Shown in pieces: positions 1 to 9,244 of a stretch of DNA of 64,000 bases (position 1 is the stretch's first letter; each line of letters begins with the position of its first letter). The position numbers were made by a program, and so were the translations under genes. The stretch is taken from assembly GCA_965248055.1 (NCBI GenBank), contig CBDFIJ010000004.1:1120001-1184000 (forward strand). The letters are read 5' to 3'. Under the pieces are notes generated by a model. It had not been told where the DNA came from, did not search any database, and saw nothing but the letters and a program-made list of their open reading frames with translations. The stretch is from Candidatus Multivoradales bacterium. GTDB lineage: Bacteria; Acidobacteriota; Thermoanaerobaculia; Multivoradales; JAHEKO01.

Positions 1-612
1 CCGCACTTTGATGATGTAGTTGACGTATAGGTTCTTGGCCCGGGTTTCGCTACTCACCCGGGCATCCCCCGGTGGAGCCGTCTTATTGGTTGCCGCTCCC
101 TCAGTGTCGGTCACCATCGGTGCCCCAGGGATTGCGGATGCTTCCTTCCCGCCAGAGGCGGCGGAACTCTGCGGAGGTATGTAGCTGTGTTTGTGGTCTT
201 GAAACGCGTCGCACTGAAACGATCCAACCCCAGACGACTCTCCCCCAGGCGCAGCGGTTCGCAACGCTACATCCGGGTCCATCCCCGCACCGTGGTCGAC
301 CCCACGCAGAAATAGGCCGCGACAATCAGGGATCGCGAAGCTGCCGTCGCTGCCTCCGTATAGATAGCCCAAAGCCCCAAAGAGATCTGGATACTTGGCG
401 ACTTCCAACTCCCGACCATCGCACAGCATCCAGCCCATGACCTCGATCTTGGCGACCGGTGGCGCTCCAGCCGCTTCTGTAGTCATACCGGTGGGAGTTC
501 CGCACGGAGTTGAGGTCCAAAGCTGGTTCGGCGAGGTGTCCACCGGCTCGAGCTGGCCGGCGTAGGCACAGACGGCCCCTACCGGTGCTTGATCTAACCA
601 AGGTTGATGCAT
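1..612 (-). CDS. Phage tail collar domain protein (3' end runs off the window; absent from ORF track)
   Basis: Manual translation from ATG at 612: MHQPWLDQAPVGAVCAYAG...GWMLCDGRELEVAKYPDLFGALGYLYGGSDGSFAIPDCRGLFLRGVD...GSFQCDAFQDHKH...ETRAKNLYVNYIIKVR. These are classic tail-collar and C-terminal ETRxxN motifs. Overlaps the upstream stop codon. Confidence 0.9.
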   Translation of the reverse strand, partial: MHQPWLDQAPVGAVCAYAGQLEPVDTSPNQLWTSTPCGTPTGMTTEAAGAPPVAKIEVMGWMLCDGRELEVAKYPDLFGALGYLYGGSDGSFAIPDCRGLFLRGVDHGAGMDPDVALRTAAPGGESSGVGSFQCDAFQDHKHSYIPPQSSAASGGKEASAIPGAPMVTDTEGAATNKTAPPGDARVSSETRAKNLYVNYIIKVR

Positions 613-3600
613 GGCAGCTCGGAGCTTTCCTGGAGCTTGACCATCGCGGTCGGCACCCGGACCTTCCAGGGAGTGCCAATCACTCGCGACCGATGGTCAG
701 ACTCAACGGCCAGTTTCCAGTCGTTGATCAGGGGGATCGATTGGTTGTTGGCTGGAGTCAGCACATCCTCGCCATCCCAGATAACTCCAGCTGCTAGAAA
801 ATAGAGCAAACGATAGACAAACGCAGGGTGGACTGGCACCAGGACCCGAGCATCCGTGGCCTGAAGAAAGGCGGTAAAAACACTGTCCGCTCCGGAAAAC
901 AGGCTCTTCAGTCGGCGCCCTCGATTGCCGGAAGGTTGTTCACCGTAGACGGCGAACGAATAACTCATCTCCTGCCACTCAAGCGCTTGATGCAAGAACT
1001 GATAATAGCGGGGTTGGTTCACCTCAAATGCGGGCGGGCCCTCCGACATCTGAGCTTCCGCCTGGACTTCAGCCTGACCTTCTGCCTGAGCCGCATTCTG
1101 GTCACCATTTTGGGGATCAGGCTCGCCTTGGAGATTTAGCGCCCGTTGCAAGAGTCGAAGCACCACGTCGTTTCGTAAGGTCTTGTTTTCCGCCTCCCGA
1201 CTGGCCAGCGGATTGCGGCTGGCTGTCCGCGTCGGAGTCGCCCCGGCGGCTTCAAAGTACTCGGCGCGCCTGCGGTCAGAGGCCTCAACAATCGCAACAT
1301 AGGTCTTCGTCTGCCACTGCTCGAACAGGCGCTCTCCACGAATCGTCACGACTTCCACAGTGGCCAGAAAGGAGGTGCTGGGCGCACCATCCTCTTGATT
1401 GGCTCCGGACTCCGCGGCCACCGGAATGGAACCGGTTTCTCCCGCCATCTCGAGTTGGATTCGCTTGGGGTCCTCTCCTTCACCGGGGAGAGAGAACGCT
1501 TTATTGCCGACGACACCAAAAAAACTGGGGCTTTCCGTCTCAGCAGGCCAGTTTCCAACGATCACCGCTTTGACCGCACGATACCCCGCCGGTACCTCCA
1601 ACACATCGGTTCCCAATGGCGCCCCAGCCTGGAGTGTGATCGCCACCGTCAGTTCATCGGCTGGCGGCGGTTCGATCTGGTCGGCTCCATACCTGGAAGC
1701 AAGCGAGGCGTAGTATTGACGGCTCTTGGGTTCGGCAGATATGTCGGTGTAGTTGCGCACACCCAGTTCATTGAGCGGCTTCGGCTCTTGCAAAGAGACT
1801 CCTTGCAGCGCGAGCTCACTTTGGATGTACGCCTCAGCAGGATTGGGAATCAGAAATTCCAAGATCAGCCGGTGACCGTAGTTAACCACCTCCATTGAGT
1901 AAACCTTGTTCACCCATCGGTAGATGCCGGCCATGTTTTCGGCTCGATCGGAGGCGTCGAAGCGGTGCACCACGGTTTCTTCATTTTCTCGCAAACTCGA
2001 AGATGCGCGGCGCTTGACCACCGAACGAGAGACCCGATTGGCCGCCTGCGCGGTGATGGTCTTGGCGAAATCTTCCGCGTAGGGTGCGGCACCGTTTTCT
2101 CCGGCCAGGTGTGTCAATTCTTGAGAGAAATCGCCGGTGACCTCGGCGTCGGTGGGTGGCCCGTAGACCGAAGAGTAGGTACCAGAGAGGCTCAGAGTGC
2201 CTTGGAGGACCTTGTGCACCTCATTTTGCAAGTCTTCGTTGAGTGCCTCGGTGGTTTCTTCCTGGGAAGTCGATTCTTCACGGACTTCTTCGTCTCTCTG
2301 GAGGTTTCGTTGTCTGGTTTCCTTTTTTGAACCACGCAATACGTTTTCAATTGCACTCACTTCGCCCAACTCGTAACCCACCAACCTCTGCCGAACCAAT
2401 TCCAGGTCGCCGATCGCATAGGGTTCGATCCAACCGGATTTCGCCGATGCTGCGAGTCGTAAGAGACTATCCGGTTTGGGGTCAGGACTCGGAGGTACCT
2501 GGCCAAAGGCTGGCAATGGAAAGACGCTGACCGGCAGGACCACGGTTGCTCTCGCTCCCTGCAAGATGCGCCGGGATGGCCAGGATGGAACAAGCCTCTC
2601 GACCTCCGGATCGAGCGCGGAGACAGTTGGTTCTGAGACAGCGTCGTCGGAGGCTAGCTCGTCGATTGCAATTGCATCTGGGGCGGCGCCATCTGCGGCA
2701 GCGGCGACAGCGCCATCCGCGGCAGCGGCGATAAGGCCGGAGTTCTCGGTGGCAGGGACATAAGCCAGCACCGGCATTTCGGCCGTTTCGTCGTTCTCCT
2801 CGGACACTGGCTCGGACTCGTCCGGCTCCAACCATGTCACCAGCTCGTCCTCTGTCGTTCTTTCCAGCAGATTCGCCATCACCAAGATCAAGATCAGGTG
2901 CTCAAGCAATCGGGTCCGGTATCCAAGAGTAATCGACAAAGCAAAAAAACTCTGCCAGACCCGGCTGAGTTGGCCTTGCACCTGGGAATCTCGAATCCAG
3001 ATCGCGACCTCTTGCCAACGCGGCTCGATCCCCTGCCCCAGCCACGGAAGATCGAGTGCTTCAATGACCTCAAGCTGAAACTCGCGGAAGGTGATGTGGC
3101 CGCGATTGCGGATGCGCCGGTCCAGCGGCGCCAACCGGCGCAAACGCTGGGGTAGGCTCGCCATCGAATCAACGAAGATTCCAGCGTAGGAGCCGTCGAG
3201 ATAAGACGCCGCACCCTCGATGAAATTCACCGCTTCGGTCTCACTCACGGACCGAACTTCCTCGCCCTCAGCTCCCCGAATCGCCACCAAGTTGCAATAG
3301 AGGTTGTCTGGGTCAGCGGTCGGATCGGAACAGTCGCCGAGAAACTCAACAAAATGGTTTTCAAGCGCCTCCGAACTGATCTCTGGTCCCGGGCGCAAAT
3401 AGACATAAGGGAACAGATCGCAATGCCCAGCTGCATCAATGATCGTAGTATCGGGTTCACTGCCCGGGTCAGGATGCGGCGGTGGGGGCGGAGGGGGTGG
3501 CGGCGGACTCGGAGGGGCAAGCTGGTCACCAACCACCTCGCCACCTGGATACTTCAAATCCAGTGTCAAGATCGCAATGCCACGGCTACCGCGAGAGTAC

Positions 3601-3833
3601 GCCAGTCGACCAACCACCTCCTGGTCAGAGCGCTCATCCTCCGGTCGCACGCTAAACGAAACCTGAGGGCGCGTTTCGCTCAAGGTGGCCTCCAAGAACA
3701 GACTCTCGCCCCACGCCCCGGCCACGTCGAACCCCAGTCTATTGGACAGTGGGCGCCAGAAGATCTCGACCGGGCCGAAGCTTTGGCACGATCCAGAGCT
3801 TCGCCGACTCGAGGCCGACGACGAGGGTGTCAT
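594..3833 (-). CDS. Large uncharacterised protein (1079 aa) with poly-Pro linker; possible toxin or structural protein
   Basis: Long ORF in the same operon as the tail-collar gene. C-terminal half has conserved-looking blocks (GDLELVRQRLVGYELGEVSAIENVL, YRWVNKVY, QWQTKTY, FLQATDARVLVPV). Confidence 0.85.
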   Translation of the reverse strand: MTPSSSASSRRSSGSCQSFGPVEIFWRPLSNRLGFDVAGAWGESLFLEATLSETRPQVSFSVRPEDERSDQEVVGRLAYSRGSRGIAILTLDLKYPGGEVVGDQLAPPSPPPPPPPPPPHPDPGSEPDTTIIDAAGHCDLFPYVYLRPGPEISSEALENHFVEFLGDCSDPTADPDNLYCNLVAIRGAEGEEVRSVSETEAVNFIEGAASYLDGSYAGIFVDSMASLPQRLRRLAPLDRRIRNRGHITFREFQLEVIEALDLPWLGQGIEPRWQEVAIWIRDSQVQGQLSRVWQSFFALSITLGYRTRLLEHLILILVMANLLERTTEDELVTWLEPDESEPVSEENDETAEMPVLAYVPATENSGLIAAAADGAVAAAADGAAPDAIAIDELASDDAVSEPTVSALDPEVERLVPSWPSRRILQGARATVVLPVSVFPLPAFGQVPPSPDPKPDSLLRLAASAKSGWIEPYAIGDLELVRQRLVGYELGEVSAIENVLRGSKKETRQRNLQRDEEVREESTSQEETTEALNEDLQNEVHKVLQGTLSLSGTYSSVYGPPTDAEVTGDFSQELTHLAGENGAAPYAEDFAKTITAQAANRVSRSVVKRRASSSLRENEETVVHRFDASDRAENMAGIYRWVNKVYSMEVVNYGHRLILEFLIPNPAEAYIQSELALQGVSLQEPKPLNELGVRNYTDISAEPKSRQYYASLASRYGADQIEPPPADELTVAITLQAGAPLGTDVLEVPAGYRAVKAVIVGNWPAETESPSFFGVVGNKAFSLPGEGEDPKRIQLEMAGETGSIPVAAESGANQEDGAPSTSFLATVEVVTIRGERLFEQWQTKTYVAIVEASDRRRAEYFEAAGATPTRTASRNPLASREAENKTLRNDVVLRLLQRALNLQGEPDPQNGDQNAAQAEGQAEVQAEAQMSEGPPAFEVNQPRYYQFLHQALEWQEMSYSFAVYGEQPSGNRGRRLKSLFSGADSVFTAFLQATDARVLVPVHPAFVYRLLYFLAAGVIWDGEDVLTPANNQSIPLINDWKLAVESDHRSRVIGTPWKVRVPTAMVKLQESSELPCINLG

Positions 3834-3839
3834 CTCGGA

Positions 3840-4289
3840 CTACTTGCCTTTTCCAGCGGCGGATTGGCGCGTTGATCTCTTTTTTGCTGATCGTCTCTTG
3901 CTGGCGCTCTTGGGCGTGGGCTCCGCTGGTTTCTTCCCCGCGATCACCACAACGCTCTCCTGACACCGCTCCAAAACATGATCATTGAGCGGAACTCTGC
4001 CGTAGGTTAGTTCCTCTACCTTGAGCTCGTACCAATCATCGGGGGAATCGCTGACGATGTACAGCAGCGTTCCCGAAGTCAAGGGTTGGTGGTTCTCATC
4101 TCGCAAACTAAAAGATAGCCTCGGCACTGTCAGATCCTCGTCTTTCAGTTCGTCAACGCCAAGTTCATGTTCCAGAAACTCCTGACCAGCGTAAAACGCT
4201 TTGACCCGGAAACTCTTGCTTACGGTTGCTACATCCCATTTGAAGACCAGCTCCGGCCCCCTCTTCGGACTCCACTCACCCATGGTCAT
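3840..4289 (-). CDS. Hypothetical protein (149 aa, basic C-terminal tail)
   Basis: Strong SD (AAGAAAGGAG) directly before ATG; stop lies 6 bp from the next start. Confidence 0.8.
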   Translation of the reverse strand: MTMGEWSPKRGPELVFKWDVATVSKSFRVKAFYAGQEFLEHELGVDELKDEDLTVPRLSFSLRDENHQPLTSGTLLYIVSDSPDDWYELKVEELTYGRVPLNDHVLERCQESVVVIAGKKPAEPTPKSASKRRSAKKRSTRQSAAGKGK

Positions 4290-4320
4290 ACTCCTTTCTT
4301 GTCGTACTCATCAGACCTGA

Positions 4321-4368
4321 TGGCCTTGATTCCGGCGCGCCACGGAGAGCGCGCCGGAATCAAGGCCA
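4321..4368. terminator. Perfect 20-bp stem-loop (terminator or mRNA-stabilising hairpin)
   Basis: TGGCCTTGATTCCGGCGCGC-(8 nt)-GCGCGCCGGAATCAAGGCCA, 6 bp after the stop of the upstream gene; no U-tract. Confidence 0.6.
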
Positions 4369-4374
4369 AATCCT

Positions 4375-4992
4375 CTATGCCTCGGCGATCGCGAAGCCGG
4401 TCCATTTCGAACCGGTCACTAGTGCGGTCATTCCCTCCAGAACCCTGGTCTGGGTCAGACTGATCTCTTCTTCGACCAAGCGCGCGCCGTCAAAGACGAA
4501 CTCGTCGATAATCGCCAGATACAACGGCGAACGAACGTCCTCCATCAGCACCCGACCAGGGGAAACCACCTGCGGGGCGTAGATGTCTTGGTTGTCCTTG
4601 AGCACGTGGCCCCAAACGCCGAACCCACCTTGGTTGTCGATCCGGACCTCATTGAGCACCAGATCTTGGAAAGACTGGCTGATGTCCGCCACCTGCTGCT
4701 GACCGTCGGTGGTCGAATCGGAGTCAACAACAAAGCGCGTGGTCTGCTCATCGAAGTCGATGATCTTGGTGCGGCTGCCCAGATTCGGATTCTCGCGCTC
4801 AACCGGATCATCCGAGTAGCTGGCGAAGACCTGATAGTTGCTCGGAATCTGGACCAAGGTTTGGCCTCCCTCCGGCGGCGGGGCAACCGTCTTCCAGGCG
4901 ATCGTCTGGAGCGTCGGTTGGATGTACGGCTTTTTGAAAATAGCGACACGAATGAACTCGTCGGTGCCGTTTACGATAGTGATGCTGGACAT
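4375..4992 (-). CDS. Hypothetical beta-rich protein (205 aa), first gene of the operon
   Basis: Part of ORF 4375-5121; protein-like sequence begins at ATG 4992 (MSSITIVNGTDEFIRVAIFKKP). Confidence 0.8.
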   Translation of the reverse strand: MSSITIVNGTDEFIRVAIFKKPYIQPTLQTIAWKTVAPPPEGGQTLVQIPSNYQVFASYSDDPVERENPNLGSRTKIIDFDEQTTRFVVDSDSTTDGQQQVADISQSFQDLVLNEVRIDNQGGFGVWGHVLKDNQDIYAPQVVSPGRVLMEDVRSPLYLAIIDEFVFDGARLVEEEISLTQTRVLEGMTALVTGSKWTGFAIAEA

Positions 4993-5455
4993 TTTCGGGG
5001 ACCCCTTTTTTTTGGCCGAGCATGGTTGCTTTTGGGGTCCACCAAGCGCGCTCAGCCGTTCAAACTCTTGGGGACCGGGCCGCCCCTGTTGGGGCGGTGA
5101 CAAGTTGGTTGTCCCCTTCACAACGCTTGCGCGCCTCGCGGTGTGATTATTTCTATCGGCGCCCCGATGGTAGGGCGAAGCGCCCCTCCGGCGACCTGGC
5201 GTACGGTTACAGAAAACTCACTAGTTCTCAGCTACGAGCTCAGGACACAGATGTACTTCCCCTCGGGTACGAGGCACATACCAACGGTGAATTTCCTGTC
5301 TCGCTATTTCTCGACCAACCTTTGGCCAGATTCGGCAAATCAGCTGGCGCAATCGAGGATATGCGGCCTGGAAGAAGCCGAAGCAACGGTTAAACCGTGA
5401 GCAAGATCAGGGAGTACAACCCTGCATCGCACGCGCTAGGACGATGACCGCCAAC

Positions 5456-5836
5456 CTACTCCTGCGGCCCAAACAGAGCCACCAGAATCGGTACCGCGAA
5501 GAACACCGCCATGATGCCAATCGCCAACAGTGGCGCGATCGGCAGTTGTGTCTGGAGCCATCTCGGGGAAAGTGCAAACAGCAAGAGCACCAGACTTGGA
5601 GTACCGCCGAGGTAGAGAGCCAGTAACGACTTGTAGGGGCGCGGGTTGGGGTAAGGGCGCAACCGTATCCGATAATAATTGCCAGCTATCCAGCCGAGTC
5701 CGCCGGCGACGGCGTAGTAAGCCCGCAAGCCGATCTGTACTCGATCCTGCAGATCGATCCAGCCGAATGCGGCCAGTGAGGCGAGGATCCACGCCGCGAC
5801 GAAGATTCCTAGAATCGCTGCGTCAAGCCGCTTCAC
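5456..5836 (-). CDS. Small membrane protein (about 4 TM)
   Basis: Hydrophobic segments; GTG start overlaps the gcvPB stop (GTGA). Confidence 0.75.
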   Translation of the reverse strand: MKRLDAAILGIFVAAWILASLAAFGWIDLQDRVQIGLRAYYAVAGGLGWIAGNYYRIRLRPYPNPRPYKSLLALYLGGTPSLVLLLFALSPRWLQTQLPIAPLLAIGIMAVFFAVPILVALFGPQE

Positions 5837-7386
5837 ACCGATTCGACTTCGCCCTGCTCGGAAGGACGCCAACGCAACACCGGATGCCGGGCGGCCTGCG
5901 CTTCGTCGCAACGGCGCACCGGACTGGAATGCGGTGCCTCATGCAAAATATCGGGGTCGGTCTTGGCCTCCTCGGCGATCTGCAGCATGGCGTCAATGAA
6001 CGAGTCGAGATCCTCTTTGGATTCGGTCTCGGTGGGTTCAATCATCAAGGCGCCAGAGACAATCAACGGGAAGTACACGGTTGGTGGATGAAAGCCAAAG
6101 TCAATCAAGCGTTTGGCAATGTCCATGGTCGAAACACCGTACTGGTGCTGCTTGTGGTCGCTAAACACCACTTCGTGCAAGCTGGGGGCGGTGTACGGCA
6201 GATCGTACTCCGGCTCCAGGCGGCTGCGTATGTAGTTGGCGTTCAACACCGCCAGTTCGGCAACCCCTGCCAGGCCCTCTCCGCCGAGGGCGTAGATGTA
6301 GGTCAGGGCACGCAGCAGAATGCCGAATTGCCCGTGGAAGGAACGGGTACGCCCCATCGCCTGGGGCCGATCGCTGTCCAAGTAGTAGCGACCCTGGTCG
6401 TCGCGCTCTACCATCGGTGCCGGCAGAAAAGCCTTCAAGGAATCGGCAGCCGCCACCGGACCAGCACCCGGACCGCCACCGCCGTGCGGTGTCGAAAAGG
6501 TCTTGTGCAGGTTGAGATGGAGCACGTCGACGCCCATGTCGCCAGGCGTCGCCTTGCCGACGAAGGCGTTGAAGTTGGCCCCGTCGCCATAGACGTAGCC
6601 GCCTTTGCTGTGAACGATGTCGGCAATCTCGACGATCCGTTCTTCGAACACGCCCAAGGTGTTGGGGACCGTCAGCATCAGCCCGGCTACGTCTTCGGTC
6701 ATATGGCGGGCCAGGTCTTCGATGTCTAACCGACCCGAGTCGTTGGACAGTAGTTCCTTGACCTCAAATCCGGCCAAGTGAGCCGACGCCGGGTTGGTGC
6801 CGTGCGCCGAATCGGGGATCAAGATCGTTGAGCGCTGTTCCTCGCGTGCTTCAAGCGCCGAGAGAATCATCTGCACGCCAGCAAACTCGCCCTGAGCTCC
6901 GGCTGCGGGCTGCAGGCTGACACGCGACATCCCGGTCAGGGCGATCAGCGCCTGCTCCAGTTGCCACATCACCGCCAAACAGCCTTGGATGCTATCGATC
7001 GGTTGTAGCGGATGTGCCTCAGCAAACCCCGGGATGCGCGCTACTCCCTCATTGATCCGCGGGTTGTACTTCATGGTGCAGGAACCCAGCGGATAGGTGG
7101 CCAAATCGACCGCAGTATTGCGCCGTGACAAGCGAGTGAAATGACGCACCACGTCCACTTCCGAGGTCTCAGGGAAGTCGGTGAGATCTTCGCGACAAAC
7201 CGATGCGGGCAGACAGTCTTCCAAGGCCGGACTACCTTCGGCGGAAGGAAGAATGACGCCGACCCGACCCTCGCGGCTACGCTCAAAGATCGGTGGCTCA
7301 TTGCGCCAGCTAATCAGCGAACGACTGTCTTGAGAACTCGATGCCTGAGGTCCAGATTCCTGAGAACCCGACTCTTGGCAGCTCAT
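5833..7386 (-). CDS. gcvPB: Glycine dehydrogenase (decarboxylating) subunit 2
   Basis: YPLGSCTMKYNP, QPAAGAQGE, HLNLHKTFSTPHGGGGPG (PLP lysine); ATGA overlap with gcvPA. Confidence 0.97.
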   Translation of the reverse strand: MSCQESGSQESGPQASSSQDSRSLISWRNEPPIFERSREGRVGVILPSAEGSPALEDCLPASVCREDLTDFPETSEVDVVRHFTRLSRRNTAVDLATYPLGSCTMKYNPRINEGVARIPGFAEAHPLQPIDSIQGCLAVMWQLEQALIALTGMSRVSLQPAAGAQGEFAGVQMILSALEAREEQRSTILIPDSAHGTNPASAHLAGFEVKELLSNDSGRLDIEDLARHMTEDVAGLMLTVPNTLGVFEERIVEIADIVHSKGGYVYGDGANFNAFVGKATPGDMGVDVLHLNLHKTFSTPHGGGGPGAGPVAAADSLKAFLPAPMVERDDQGRYYLDSDRPQAMGRTRSFHGQFGILLRALTYIYALGGEGLAGVAELAVLNANYIRSRLEPEYDLPYTAPSLHEVVFSDHKQHQYGVSTMDIAKRLIDFGFHPPTVYFPLIVSGALMIEPTETESKEDLDSFIDAMLQIAEEAKTDPDILHEAPHSSPVRRCDEAQAARHPVLRWRPSEQGEVESV

Positions 7387-8747
7387 GACGCCACCTCCTT
7401 GGCTACGTCCAGCCATCGGTCGACGTCTTCTGCGGTATGGATTTCGGTCGCCGCAGTCAGAAAGCAATCCTCCATCCCCGGCTGATCCGCCAGCGGATGC
7501 CCGGCGATCAGACCGGCGTCACGAAAACCCGCCAAGACTTGATCCACTGGCTTGGCGGTGGCGCGGATCGCCATTTCATTGAACACCGGGGTGTCAAACG
7601 CTGGCTCCAACCCATCGATCGAAGTCAGCCCTTGGCGCAGTTGCCCCAGACGCCGGACGTTGAGTTGCGCCAGCTCGCGCAGCCCGGTGCGTCCATGCAA
7701 CGACAGATAGATGGTGGCGGCCAGGGCACACAACGATTGGTTAGTGCAAATATTGGAGGTCGCCTTCTCACGACGAATGTGCTGCTCGCGGGTGGCCAAG
7801 GTCAAGACGTAGGCGCGACGCCCATCGACGTCCACCGTCTCGCCCACCAAACGACCCGGGATCGCCCGTTTCATCTTGTCGGTCGCCGCCAGGAAACCCA
7901 GCGAAGGCCCTCCAAACGACATGGAATTGCCAAATGACTGCGCCTCGCCGACGGCAATCTGGCAACCGCACTCGCCCGGCGATTTCAAAAGCCCCATGCT
8001 CAGCGCCTCGGTGACCACGCCGATGCTGTGGGCACCGTGGGCGTCAGCGGCGTTAGAAATCGCCTGCCAATCTTCAATGCCACCGAAGTAGTTCGGCGAC
8101 TGGGAAACGACGCAAGCCGTCTCGTCGTCCAACGCGTTTTCAAGATCTGCCAAGTCAACCCGTCCGTCAGCGCCCGACCCGACGTCCACCAACTGCAAGC
8201 AGAGTTTGCGGGTGTAGGTGGCCAAGGTTTCGCGGTAGTGGGGATGAATCGCCCCAGCCAGGATCACCCGGCGGCGCTTTCGCTGTACCCGTAGCGACAT
8301 CAGCACCGCTTCGGCACAGGCCGACGCGCCGTCGTAGAGCGAAGCATTGGCCACAGGCAATCCGGTCAAGATCGAAATAAAGGTCTGGTATTCAAAAATC
8401 GCCTGCAGGGTGCCCTGGGAAGTCTCGGGTTGGTAGGGCGTGTAGACGGTGAAGAACTCGGCGCGGTGTAGCAAATGATCGACCGCCGCCGGGATAGTGT
8501 GCTGGTAGGCCCCAGCACCCAAGAAGCTCTTGCCGCGATCGACTTGATTGAGCGCGGCCAAACCGCCGAAATGCCGTCGCAGGTCCTCATCGCCCATCGG
8601 GCCGGTAACCTCAGGCGGCTGGCTAAGACGAACTTCCTGTGGAATGGTCGCGAATAGGTCATCGACTTGATCGACGCCAATCGCGGCCAACATCTCACGG
8701 CGATCGGTTTCGCCCGCGGGTAGGTAGCGGTGTCCTTTGGCAGCCAT
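7383..8747 (-). CDS. gcvPA: Glycine dehydrogenase subunit 1
   Basis: YTPYQPETSQGTLQAIFEYQT, ANASLYDGASA, TREQHIRREKATSNICT. Confidence 0.97.
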   Translation of the reverse strand: MAAKGHRYLPAGETDRREMLAAIGVDQVDDLFATIPQEVRLSQPPEVTGPMGDEDLRRHFGGLAALNQVDRGKSFLGAGAYQHTIPAAVDHLLHRAEFFTVYTPYQPETSQGTLQAIFEYQTFISILTGLPVANASLYDGASACAEAVLMSLRVQRKRRRVILAGAIHPHYRETLATYTRKLCLQLVDVGSGADGRVDLADLENALDDETACVVSQSPNYFGGIEDWQAISNAADAHGAHSIGVVTEALSMGLLKSPGECGCQIAVGEAQSFGNSMSFGGPSLGFLAATDKMKRAIPGRLVGETVDVDGRRAYVLTLATREQHIRREKATSNICTNQSLCALAATIYLSLHGRTGLRELAQLNVRRLGQLRQGLTSIDGLEPAFDTPVFNEMAIRATAKPVDQVLAGFRDAGLIAGHPLADQPGMEDCFLTAATEIHTAEDVDRWLDVAKEVAS

Positions 8748-8760
8748 GGGTGCAGCTAAT

Positions 8761-9141
8761 CTAGGAGCCAGAGATAAACGCCTGGTATGCCGGGGCGTCC
8801 ATCAAGCCTTCCAAGTCAACACCCTCGGCGGGCTCGATCTCCACCAACCAGCCATCACCGTGCGGATCCTCGTTGAGCAGCTCCGGTTGATCGAGCAAGG
8901 TCTCATTAATCGCCACCACTGTGCCGGGGATCGGGGTGTAGATCTCGGCGACCGCCTTGACCGACTCAATCGACCCTATCTCGTCATCGGCATCGAACTC
9001 AGTACCGATTTCCGGCAGCTCAGCGTAGACCACTTCGCCTAATTCCTCTTGCGCGAAATCGGTAATGCCTAGCCGGTAGTTCTGGCCGTCAGCGGCCAGC
9101 CATTCATGTTCCTCTGAGTAGCGGTAATCCTCGGGATACAT
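8761..9141 (-). CDS. gcvH: Glycine cleavage system H protein
   Basis: YSEEHEW, GITDFAQEELG, lipoyl motif IESVKA; SD GAGGAG before ATG 9141. Confidence 0.97.
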   Translation of the reverse strand: MYPEDYRYSEEHEWLAADGQNYRLGITDFAQEELGEVVYAELPEIGTEFDADDEIGSIESVKAVAEIYTPIPGTVVAINETLLDQPELLNEDPHGDGWLVEIEPAEGVDLEGLMDAPAYQAFISGS

Positions 9142-9244
9142 CGTCTTCTCCTCGATCAAAAAGTGTTGACAGTCGGTCTCTTCGATAGCGGTCGGGTTGA
9201 TCTATTTGCTTTCCCTAGTCTCGAATGACTCAGTCCCTGAACTC

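Noticed and set aside
4993-5450. Riboswitch or sigma54 promoter upstream of the tail-collar operon
   Set aside because: Only short GC hairpins; no recognisable aptamer consensus or correctly spaced GG-N10-GC motif.
5530-6729. 399-aa plus-strand ORF and similar long antisense ORFs (9197-9979, 13836-14705, 37742-38380)
   Set aside because: Shadow ORFs antisense to well-supported genes, typical of high-GC DNA; no recognisable motifs.
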